64,000 bases of DNA. Source: an uncultured Candidatus Poseidoniales archaeon. GTDB lineage: Archaea; Thermoplasmatota; Poseidoniia; Poseidoniales; Thalassarchaeaceae. Of the stretch, positions 18,266 through 26,313 are shown in pieces (position 1 is the first letter of the stretch; each line of letters begins with the position of its first letter). Made by a program: the position numbers and the translations under genes. The stretch covers positions 1,088-65,087 of the forward strand of contig CAWVWT010000007.1 in assembly GCA_963934015.1 (NCBI GenBank), in the 5' to 3' direction. Below the pieces are notes generated by a model, which saw nothing but the letters and a program-made list of their open reading frames with translations, had not been told where the DNA came from and did no database searches.

Positions 18266-19576
18266 ATGCGCGCCATCATGCTGACATTGCTAATTTTTCT
18301 AGCCTCATTTAGTGGCTGCTTTGGCGACCCACCCGAAGATGTGGGAGTCAAGTTGTCCATTGACCCAATTGAGCAAGCGGTGCGGGGCCAAATAATGTCA
18401 ATCCATGTTGAATCCAATGTGGAATGGACGGTGAATCGAACTGCAGGGCTCTTCTTTGTTGATGATGATGGTGTCTTTAGAGACAACTTGGAAATGACTT
18501 TTTCATCTGATGTTGAAGATTTTGAAATCCTTATCCTTGACAGTGAAAGAACTGATGTTGAACTCATTGTTACGGCTGGAAACCAAGTTGAAAATATCAC
18601 CATGCAACTCATTGATAGTGATGAGATGATGCTGGTGGATGGTCGCAGAGCCTTCGATACCATCGATATGCTCACTACTGATTGGAACAATCGTTGGTGT
18701 GCTTCTGCCGATCTCCATGGCGGTGGTGCAACTTACGAAGCGGCAGCAGAAGCAATGAAGGTCATCTGGGAAGATTACGGCTTTGACTTTGTCGAGGTGA
18801 CACGATACGATGATGACCCAAACCAACTCAATGTTGTCGGTTACAAATATGGCAATGTGTATCCTGACCAATACATCATTCTCGGAGGTCATTTCGATGT
18901 GGGGTATGCTTTCACTCCACCAGGTGGGGGTACCACTGAAGGCGCTAATGATGACACCAGTGGATCAACGGTATCAATGGAAGTTGCTCAGGCCATTGCT
19001 TCAAGAGAATGGGACCATACTGTTGTCGCTGCTCTTTGGGCCTGTGAAGAAGAAGGGCTGCTTGGAAGTGCTGCATTCGTTAACCATCTTCCAGAAGATA
19101 AAGCAGTAAAGGCATACTTGAATTTCGATATGGTCTCGCTGAACTACCCCATCATACCACCACCTGGATATGGTCCATATGACCTTTCAATCGCAGCAGC
19201 AGGGGCAAGTGACGAGAATCTCTCAATCATGCTAGAATGGGTACGATTAGTTGTAGAGGATGAAATGAATTTTCATGATGTTGCTTCAAATGACATCTAT
19301 TGGCAGGCTGCTGAATCATGCGCAAGCGATCATTGCTCATTCTTCTCATCAGGGTATGCAACCTTCAATTTCTTTAGCGCTGGTGGTGATGTTTCATTTT
19401 GGCAGGAATGGCACAGCCCAACCGATACACTAGATTTCATGGTAGGCAAGGCCGGTAGTTCTGACAATTTAGGTGATGGATTCAACACCCTTGTTTGGAC
19501 CGCATTCTCTCTCTTCGTCCACGTAGATAATACCGATGATTCATTCCAGGGCCGTTGGTACACTGGAAGTGAATAG
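18266..19576 (+). CDS. secreted/lipid-anchored M28-family metallopeptidase (aminopeptidase-like)
   Basis: The signal peptide has a lipobox-like LASFSGC. The M28 metal-ligand boxes are GGHFDV, ANDDTSGS, CEEEGLLGS and NFDM. Confidence 0.8.
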   Translation: MRAIMLTLLIFLASFSGCFGDPPEDVGVKLSIDPIEQAVRGQIMSIHVESNVEWTVNRTAGLFFVDDDGVFRDNLEMTFSSDVEDFEILILDSERTDVELIVTAGNQVENITMQLIDSDEMMLVDGRRAFDTIDMLTTDWNNRWCASADLHGGGATYEAAAEAMKVIWEDYGFDFVEVTRYDDDPNQLNVVGYKYGNVYPDQYIILGGHFDVGYAFTPPGGGTTEGANDDTSGSTVSMEVAQAIASREWDHTVVAALWACEEEGLLGSAAFVNHLPEDKAVKAYLNFDMVSLNYPIIPPPGYGPYDLSIAAAGASDENLSIMLEWVRLVVEDEMNFHDVASNDIYWQAAESCASDHCSFFSSGYATFNFFSAGGDVSFWQEWHSPTDTLDFMVGKAGSSDNLGDGFNTLVWTAFSLFVHVDNTDDSFQGRWYTGSE

Positions 19577-19610
19577 ATTATTCAATTGAAAAATTGAATT
19601 TTCAATTGAA
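19577..19610. terminator. bidirectional terminator candidate built from TTCAATTGAA palindromes
   Basis: The whole spacer between two convergent stop codons reads ATTA-TTCAATT-GAAA-AATTGAA-TTTT-CAATTGAA. It can form a 7-bp stem with a GAAA loop followed by a U-run on the plus transcript. An equivalent 6-bp stem plus U-run forms on the minus transcript. Confidence 0.5.
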
Positions 19611-20087
19611 TTATTCGGTTTCCTCGATATCGATTAATACCGCTCCTGCATCAACTTGCTCACCCACACCATGGTGAATCACCACAATCTCCCCTGGCCC
19701 ATTGGCTGCAATTCGATGTTCCATTTTCATCGCTTCCATGACAATGAGGGTTTGTCCAGTTTCGACCTGATCGCCTACATTGCATAGGATTTCGAGTATC
19801 TTGCCCGGCATTGGTGCAGTCATTCCACCTTCATCCCCTGAACCACCCGCACCCTGCTCATCGATTGCAATAACATGTATGCCCCCATCAAGATGGACCC
19901 ACCAGTCGTCACGAACCTTGGCGACATGGGCTAATTGGCCATCGATCCACATTCGATTGGGACGTGCATCGATTTCGAATGTGTGTTCATTCGTTACTAT
20001 TTCATCGTCACAAGTCGCTTCGCTTGACCCGATGGTGATTTGCCAACGACGGCCTTGTTTATCCCTTAGATCTACCATAGCAATCAC
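19611..20087 (-). CDS. biotin carboxyl carrier protein (biotinyl domain subunit of acyl-CoA carboxylase)
   Basis: The C-terminal biotinylation motif is EAMKMEH within a lipoyl/biotinyl fold sequence. The start is GTG 20087 or ATG 20078. It follows the biotin carboxylase gene in a different frame. Confidence 0.85.
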   Translation of the reverse strand: MIAMVDLRDKQGRRWQITIGSSEATCDDEIVTNEHTFEIDARPNRMWIDGQLAHVAKVRDDWWVHLDGGIHVIAIDEQGAGGSGDEGGMTAPMPGKILEILCNVGDQVETGQTLIVMEAMKMEHRIAANGPGEIVVIHHGVGEQVDAGAVLIDIEETE

Positions 20088-20089
20088 CT

Positions 20090-21631
20090 TCAGGGGAAGG
20101 ACCTCCGTAGGGACAGGAATGGATTGTATGGGCTGCCCCGACCTTCTTCAGCTTCAACTGTCAACGCTTTGCGCGAGAGCCCATAGTGCTCAGCTGCAGC
20201 AGCCACAAATGGAATCGTATCAGATGGTCTTACGTCCCACCCATCTGGCCAATTAACTTCAATAAAATCAGTTGTTGTCTCACCCGCATGGTATGCTGGG
20301 TGCGCCATAATATCACACAGGAATCCAAGGTTTGTCGTTACACCAAGCAACACAAAGTCTTCACAGGCTCGCTTCATTCTGCGAATGGCTGCCTCGCGTT
20401 CAGGTGCATGCACAATCAATTTGGCAAGCATCGGATCAAAATCGATGCTGGCTTCATCCCCTTCACGAACACCGGTATCCAATCGAATGCCTGGACCAGT
20501 GGGTGGACGGAATATCGCCAAAGGGCCAATGGCTGGAAGGAAACTATTTGCTGGATCTTCGGCATAGATACGTACCTCAATGGCGTGACCTCGAATGGAA
20601 AGGTCTGATTGAACAAATGGAAGCGGTAAACCTGCAGCAACTCGAATTTGTTCTACGACCAAATCGACGCCACTGATACATTCTGTGATCGGGTGCTCGA
20701 CCTGCAGGCGTGTATTCATCTCAAGAAAATGGAATTCTCCATCTTCAGCGAGGAGAAATTCAACCGTTCCTGCACCTTCGTAATCAACAGCCTTGGCTGC
20801 ATTTACCGCTGCTTCCCCCATCCGCTGACGGGTCAACTCACCTAATACTGGCGAAGGTGATTCTTCGACGACTTTCTGGTGCCTGCGTTGGATGCTACAC
20901 TCCCGCTCAAACAAATGGACTGTATTCCCTAGTGTGTCGGATAATATCTGAACTTCGATGTGACGAGATTTCTCAAGGAGGCGTTCGACATAGACTGTTC
21001 CATCACCAAATGATGCTACAGCCTCACGGCTTGCGGCAGCATATTCCCTCTGTAGGTTACGTGGTTCGCGGACCACACGCATCCCTTTACCACCTCCACC
21101 TGCACTTGCCTTCAGCAACAATGGGTAACCCACACGAGTAGCAGCACGGACAAGTTCATCCACCATTTCATCTGGATTGTCTAATGGTAGTTCTTCACCA
21201 GGTATGACTGGTACGCCTGCGGTGACCATGGCCCTCCGAGCACTGATTTTGTCCCCCATCTCATCGATTGCATATGCAGATGGACCAATCCAAATAAGAC
21301 CTGCATCTTTGACAGCATTGGCAAAGGAACTGCGTTCTGAAAGAAAACCGTATCCAGGGTGTACCGCATCCGCACCGGTCTCTGCGGCCGCGGCCAATAT
21401 CGCTTCAACATTGAGATATGTCTCAGCAAGAGTATCTCCTGGAAGGAACACTGATTCGTCTGCTGTTTGCTGATGTAAAGACCCACGATCTGCTTCTGAA
21501 TAGACTGCGACTGAGCCCAATCCTAATTCAGCGCATGAACGAAATATCCTGCACGCAATTTCACCTCGATTGGCGACCAATATTTTGGATATCGGGTGTG
21601 GTGCACCCTCCATCCAATCAGGTCCACCCAT
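20090..21631 (-). CDS. biotin carboxylase subunit of (methylcrotonyl/propionyl/acetyl)-CoA carboxylase
   Basis: KILVANRGEIACRIF is followed by ATP-grasp motifs (GYPLLLKASAGGGGKGMR, EMNTRLQVEHP). ATG 21631 is preceded by GAGGAG lying inside the end of the upstream gene. Confidence 0.9.
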   Translation of the reverse strand: MGGPDWMEGAPHPISKILVANRGEIACRIFRSCAELGLGSVAVYSEADRGSLHQQTADESVFLPGDTLAETYLNVEAILAAAAETGADAVHPGYGFLSERSSFANAVKDAGLIWIGPSAYAIDEMGDKISARRAMVTAGVPVIPGEELPLDNPDEMVDELVRAATRVGYPLLLKASAGGGGKGMRVVREPRNLQREYAAASREAVASFGDGTVYVERLLEKSRHIEVQILSDTLGNTVHLFERECSIQRRHQKVVEESPSPVLGELTRQRMGEAAVNAAKAVDYEGAGTVEFLLAEDGEFHFLEMNTRLQVEHPITECISGVDLVVEQIRVAAGLPLPFVQSDLSIRGHAIEVRIYAEDPANSFLPAIGPLAIFRPPTGPGIRLDTGVREGDEASIDFDPMLAKLIVHAPEREAAIRRMKRACEDFVLLGVTTNLGFLCDIMAHPAYHAGETTTDFIEVNWPDGWDVRPSDTIPFVAAAAEHYGLSRKALTVEAEEGRGSPYNPFLSLRRSFP

Positions 21632-21638
21632 CTGGATT

Positions 21639-22496
21639 TCACTCCTCTTTCCAATTAGGTGCACGCTTTTCAAGGAATGAGGCAAGACCCTCTTGCCCTT
21701 CTTCAGAGCCGCGCATTGCACTGGTTTTGTCCAATGTCCATTGCCTTAACTCTTCATCAGTACCTCTCCAGCGATCAAAGGTTAATGTGAGTCTCTTTGC
21801 TTCAGAAACGGCCATCGGCCCGGTCGTTAGAATCTCATCGATGATGACGGATTCAGCCCCTTCTAGTGACTCGGATAATTGGCTGACCAATCCAATCCGC
21901 AATGCTTCCTCGGACCCAATACGCCCTGCCAACATTGCGAGTCTGCGGAATTCTGCACTGCCAACCTTACGGTACACATAGGGTCCAATGACCGCTGGCA
22001 GGATTCCCAATTTCCCTTCAGATAGAGCGATACGAGTTCCAGGCTCAACAATGACATGGTCAAGGCAAGCGATGAGACCTGCACCGCCACCTAGGGCAAC
22101 ACCTTGGATCTTTCCAATAGTGAAGCATGGATGCGACCAGAGGCTGTTGAACAATCGATCAAGTCTCGCAGAGTCTGTTCGGTTTTCTTCAAGACTTTTA
22201 GCGCCAGCAGCCCTCATCATATTGATGTCAGCACCCGCACAGAAGTGCTTGCCTGCTCCCGAAAATATGAGTACGCGCAGATAGGAATGACCTGCCGAAT
22301 CAAGCAAAGAGCCACGTTCACCAACTGAGCGTTCCTTGGTCCATTCTAGAATAGAGATGATTTCGGTGATGAGTTGGATATTAAGGGCGTTGTACACGCC
22401 TTCGCGGGTCAAGGTCAAATGAGCTACAGCACCTTCTATTTCAAGCGTACAAAGGCTTGTTTCTGGCTTTAAATTTTCAATTGCAAAATTTGACAT
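21639..22496 (-). CDS. enoyl-CoA hydratase family (methylglutaconyl-CoA hydratase-like)
   Basis: The crotonase-fold signature is FSGAGKHFCAGADI plus a G..ALGGG segment. ATG 22496 (MSNFAIE...) lies 13 nt after the upstream stop, with GGAG upstream. Its position between the carboxyltransferase and biotin carboxylase genes mirrors liu/MCC clusters. Confidence 0.8.
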   Translation of the reverse strand: MSNFAIENLKPETSLCTLEIEGAVAHLTLTREGVYNALNIQLITEIISILEWTKERSVGERGSLLDSAGHSYLRVLIFSGAGKHFCAGADINMMRAAGAKSLEENRTDSARLDRLFNSLWSHPCFTIGKIQGVALGGGAGLIACLDHVIVEPGTRIALSEGKLGILPAVIGPYVYRKVGSAEFRRLAMLAGRIGSEEALRIGLVSQLSESLEGAESVIIDEILTTGPMAVSEAKRLTLTFDRWRGTDEELRQWTLDKTSAMRGSEEGQEGLASFLEKRAPNWKEE

Positions 22497-22509
22497 TTCA
22501 ATTGCTCCT

Positions 22510-24120
22510 TCACATTCTAAATATTCCAAAATTAGTATCTGGCATCGGTGCATTCAAACTGGCACTAATGGCCAAACCAAGGACATCGCGGGTGTCACGC
22601 GGATCGATGATGCCATCATCCCACAATCGCGCCGTTGAATAATATGGTGACCCTTCCACTTCATATTTCTCAAGTATGGGTGCTTGGAACGTATCCCATT
22701 CGCTGTCAGTCATCGGTTCGATACCTTCCCGAGCCCTCTGATCTTGCTTTACCGTTGCAAGGACATCGGCAGCTTGTGGCCCACCCATAACAGAGATGCG
22801 GCTGTTGGGCCACATGAAGAGGAATCGTGGGTCGTAAGCACGCCCACACATACCATAGTTACCGGCACCATGGCTGCCACCAATGATAACGGTGAACTTA
22901 GGTACAGGGACACAGGATACTGCTGTCACGAGTTTTGCACCATCCTTGGCGATACCACCGGCTTCATAATCACGCCCGACCATGAACCCAGTAATGTTCT
23001 GCAAAAATACCAAGGGCACGCCACGCTGCCCACACAGTTCCACAAAGTGTGCTCCCTTCAGGGATGACTCAGAGAAAAGAATCCCATTGTTTGCGACAAT
23101 GCCGACAGGGTATCCGTGGATCCGAGCAAAACCACAAATGAGGGTTGGTCCATACCTAGCCTTGAACTCATGGAAGCGGCTACCATCGACAATACGTGCA
23201 ATAATTTCTCGTACATCGAAAGGTGTTCGATTATCTTCGGGGATGATGCCGAGTATCTCATCAGTTGGGTAGGCTGGATCTTCAGGTGCTTGCACATCCA
23301 ACTTGGTCTTCACACCGGTATTGAGATTCTCAACGATGTTGCGGACCATACGCAATGCACTCGGTTCATCCTCAGCATAGTGGTCAGCGACCCCTGATTG
23401 TGCTGTGTGGAGGTCAGCCCCACCCAAATCTTCTGCCGTAACTTCTTCACCCGTTGCTGCCTTGACCAAGGGGGGACCTGCGAGGAAGATTGTCCCGTTG
23501 CCTTTGACTATGATTGATTCATCAGACATGGCTGGGACATAAGCACCCCCTGCTGTGCAGGACCCACAAACCGCTGCAATCTGTGGAATGCCTTTTCCAC
23601 TCATAATCGCTTGATTGCGGAAGATACGCCCAAAGTGGTCTTTGTCTGGAAAAACCTCATCTTGCATCGGAAGAAAGGCACCACCTGAATCAACCAGGTA
23701 GATGCAGGGTAGGTGATTGGCATCCGCAACCTCTTGCGCGCGAATGTGTTTCTTGACAGTCATCGGGTAGTATGACCCGCCTTTGACCGTTGCATCATTG
23801 GCTACGAATAGGCATTCTTTGCCATGGACAACCCCCACACCGGTAACCATGCCTGCGCTGGCTGCTCGGCCATCATAGAGGTCATATGCTGCAAGTGGGG
23901 ATAGTTCGAGAAATGGTGTACCGGGGTCACAAATAGCTGAGATTCGCTCACGTGGTAGTGCCTTGCCCCGACCTCGGTGCTTATCGACATATTTTCCGCC
24001 ACCGCCTTGTTGAACAGCGTCAATTCGCTCACGTAATGTTGCGAGAAGTGCAGTGTTGTACCCATGGTTTGACTTGAATGACGCATCCGAGGAATTGACT
24101 CGGCTCTGAAGTCGGTCCAT
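22510..24120 (-). CDS. acyl-CoA carboxylase carboxyltransferase subunit (methylcrotonyl-CoA carboxylase beta-like)
   Basis: The N-terminal region (...[32 protein letters not shown]) and the two CoA-carboxyltransferase halves ([33 protein letters not shown]) resemble MCCase beta. ATG 24120 is preferred over the track GTG 24126. Confidence 0.85.
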   Translation of the reverse strand: MDRLQSRVNSSDASFKSNHGYNTALLATLRERIDAVQQGGGGKYVDKHRGRGKALPRERISAICDPGTPFLELSPLAAYDLYDGRAASAGMVTGVGVVHGKECLFVANDATVKGGSYYPMTVKKHIRAQEVADANHLPCIYLVDSGGAFLPMQDEVFPDKDHFGRIFRNQAIMSGKGIPQIAAVCGSCTAGGAYVPAMSDESIIVKGNGTIFLAGPPLVKAATGEEVTAEDLGGADLHTAQSGVADHYAEDEPSALRMVRNIVENLNTGVKTKLDVQAPEDPAYPTDEILGIIPEDNRTPFDVREIIARIVDGSRFHEFKARYGPTLICGFARIHGYPVGIVANNGILFSESSLKGAHFVELCGQRGVPLVFLQNITGFMVGRDYEAGGIAKDGAKLVTAVSCVPVPKFTVIIGGSHGAGNYGMCGRAYDPRFLFMWPNSRISVMGGPQAADVLATVKQDQRAREGIEPMTDSEWDTFQAPILEKYEVEGSPYYSTARLWDDGIIDPRDTRDVLGLAISASLNAPMPDTNFGIFRM

Positions 24121-24121
24121 G

Positions 24122-24141
24122 CGCACCCCTTAGGGGGTGCG
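24122..24141 (-). promoter_or_regulatory. G/C hairpin CGCACCCC-CTAA-GGGGTGCG 1 nt upstream of the carboxyltransferase ATG
   Basis: Read on the minus strand, the sequence is CGCACCCC CTAA GGGGTGCG C ATG. The GGGGTG arm sits at SD distance. The identical 8-bp stem recurs at 48400-48418. Confidence 0.5.
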
Positions 24142-24173
24142 ACTACGAGGTTGGCCTTGAACACTCGCCCGTT

Positions 24174-25490
24174 TCAAACGCCTAGCGTCATCCTGAGAAC
24201 ATCTCTCAATCCAGGAGCCAACCCAACTACGAGGAGGCACAAAATCACTAGTAAGCGCAAATGGCGGTGCCGATGTTCAAATCGTGCTGTTGCAAAGAGC
24301 CACCAGATCATGGCTGCAAGACCAAACTTGAGTACACCAAAACCCCAAGCCGTTCCCGCAATATCGATGACCTTCTGCGAGAGGACATGTTTCTCACCAT
24401 ATCCGTAATTCTCTAATCCTACGCTGGTTGCAAGACCATCAACCATTTGCCCATACATTGCAAGAAGGATGATTGGGAGTCCAAGGGTGGCGCGGGGTGT
24501 GAGGGATTCCATGCGTTCCCAAGTGGACGAATGTTGTCGATCCCAATCATCCAACGATACCCCTTCAGGGATGATGCCTGGCTCGAGTCCCATGTGGCGT
24601 AATTGAGAACGTGCTTTTTGCCCAGAAAACCATAGTACTACGCAAAGAATGAGGGGGCCAATAACAATCATTGCCAAAGGTACCAATGAGATTGGGGTGC
24701 GATTATTCAAAGGCTCAGTGTAAAGCATGAGCCAGCCTGATAAATGTATGAAACACCCACCAAGGCCCACCTGAATGAGGCCTTGCTCAATGGCAGTGCA
24801 GCACTCCATGAATGGGTGGATCAAAATGATGAACAAAAGTCCGACAATGGGTGCAAGGAAGAGTGGCGAAATTATCAAAGATGTAACATCATTTTCCCAA
24901 TGTCGACCTATATCAGGCATGAACACTACAATCTGTAGACATACCAAGATGAACGCCAATTGAGTGATGGCCGTTCGATTTTCAGAACCTGCACTCTTCG
25001 ACACACTATGGCACATCCAACCTGTCACAATCACCCAAGCCGCGACTTGGAAATGTATCAGTGGTGACACGAATAAACCACCTAATCCCTCGGGGGAAAA
25101 TAGGTGTCCATCTTCGTTTACTTCACCAAGTGATGCCCAAATAACCCATGGAACCAAAGCAAGTACTGAACTATCCCTTGCTGGGATTCCGATTCGCCTC
25201 AACCAACCGGAAATAACGACAACGAAGGATACGAGCAAGAAGGAATAGGCAAGAGTATCCACTGGATTGTAACCTGCATCTCCTGATGTTGCATCCAATG
25301 TATGTGGTTCGATGAAATAGGATTCGTATCCATCCGATAGGATGTTTCCTGGTGCGATATCTTGACCCGCAATAGCACCCAATAGTAGGATGATTGCAGT
25401 CAGAATCAAAGTGGCAGCACCGCGTTCCATCAGCGAGAATTGATGATCGGGTAATGGTACCTCCGAAAGGACCGGGCTATCGTCAGCCAT
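24174..25490 (-). CDS. polytopic membrane protein, N-terminal half possibly DUF63-like
   Basis: It has ~11 predicted TM helices. The GYNPVDTLAYSFLL and GE.NEDG segments resemble what I recall of archaeal DUF63 proteins. This is memory only and has not been searched. Confidence 0.45.
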   Translation of the reverse strand: MADDSPVLSEVPLPDHQFSLMERGAATLILTAIILLLGAIAGQDIAPGNILSDGYESYFIEPHTLDATSGDAGYNPVDTLAYSFLLVSFVVVISGWLRRIGIPARDSSVLALVPWVIWASLGEVNEDGHLFSPEGLGGLFVSPLIHFQVAAWVIVTGWMCHSVSKSAGSENRTAITQLAFILVCLQIVVFMPDIGRHWENDVTSLIISPLFLAPIVGLLFIILIHPFMECCTAIEQGLIQVGLGGCFIHLSGWLMLYTEPLNNRTPISLVPLAMIVIGPLILCVVLWFSGQKARSQLRHMGLEPGIIPEGVSLDDWDRQHSSTWERMESLTPRATLGLPIILLAMYGQMVDGLATSVGLENYGYGEKHVLSQKVIDIAGTAWGFGVLKFGLAAMIWWLFATARFEHRHRHLRLLVILCLLVVGLAPGLRDVLRMTLGV

Positions 25491-25526
25491 GGGTATCGCT
25501 CAGGTTACCACTTCAAAGCGATTGCT

Positions 25527-26231
25527 TCACTCTTCTTCGCCAACTTGGCGTGCTTCGTGAACTTCGCGGAATACAATTGTCTCGACCCCAACATGGTCAC
25601 GCAATGTACGAATAAGACTGAACTTGGTGAATGCCCAATTCTGATCGTAAGCAACAAATTCAGGGAGGGTAATGGTCAAATCATCACCATCGAAAGCGAC
25701 TTCGAAACCATCGCGGCCGGTGTTGGTCTCTAGGAGTGTACTCACTTTCTCTGCACGGTCTTCAATGACCTTGACGATGCGGTACTTGTAGCGTAGTGTG
25801 CGTCCAGCAAGAGGGTGATTAAAGTCGATGCGAGCACGGCCAGCTCGAACCATTCGAAGGACTCCTTGCTTGCCGTTGATTTCGACGGGGCCACCAATAG
25901 CAAGGCTATCTGGGTCCTTCACGGAGCGTGCTAGGACATCTTGACCCATTGTCTCAACAGCAGTGGGATCGCGCTCGCCATATGCATCCTCAGGTGCAAT
26001 GTCAAATTCATAATCTGTTTCAGCATCTGCTTCAGCCAAATGGGATTCAAATCCAGCAATGAGAGTCCCAGCCCCTATGACGGTAATGAGGGGGGTGTAA
26101 GTTCGATTTTCATCATGCTGTTCTGCCTCTTTCGCGACCGCCTCACGGGTGGTCTCGATGAGGACTTCATCATCTGCATTGTATAGGTCGTAGTCGATAT
26201 GTACGATGGAACCGTTTTCCATTTTATTCAC
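25527..26231 (-). CDS. FKBP-type peptidyl-prolyl cis-trans isomerase (archaeal long/SlyD-like type)
   Basis: VHIDYDLYNADDEVLIETT is followed by ...VIGAGTLIAGFESHL... and HPLAGRTLRYKYRIVKV, with an insert-in-flap region. The protein ends ...VGEEE. Confidence 0.85.
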   Translation of the reverse strand: MNKMENGSIVHIDYDLYNADDEVLIETTREAVAKEAEQHDENRTYTPLITVIGAGTLIAGFESHLAEADAETDYEFDIAPEDAYGERDPTAVETMGQDVLARSVKDPDSLAIGGPVEINGKQGVLRMVRAGRARIDFNHPLAGRTLRYKYRIVKVIEDRAEKVSTLLETNTGRDGFEVAFDGDDLTITLPEFVAYDQNWAFTKFSLIRTLRDHVGVETIVFREVHEARQVGEEE

Positions 26232-26298
26232 CTACCCAGCATTGTGGGCGAGCCGGCGACCGACTTCCCCTTTATGAGCGTGCGTATGGGAAAGCCGC

Positions 26299-26313
26299 GA
26301 GCCCGTAGGGCTC
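26299..26313. repeat. perfect 15-nt GC palindrome GAGCCC-GTA-GGGCTC (CCGTAGG-core family)
   Basis: Read directly from the sequence. It overlaps the CcmF-like stop codon by 2 nt and lies ~70 nt upstream of the FKBP start. Confidence 0.7.

Noticed and set aside
20078-20092. The biotin carboxylase / BCCP junction as a frameshifted pseudogene of a fused MCC alpha subunit.
   Set aside because: Separate AccC-like (~510 aa) and AccB-like (~160 aa) genes are the normal arrangement in archaeal acyl-CoA carboxylases, and both ORFs are intact with their own starts. A sequencing frameshift cannot be excluded without reads.
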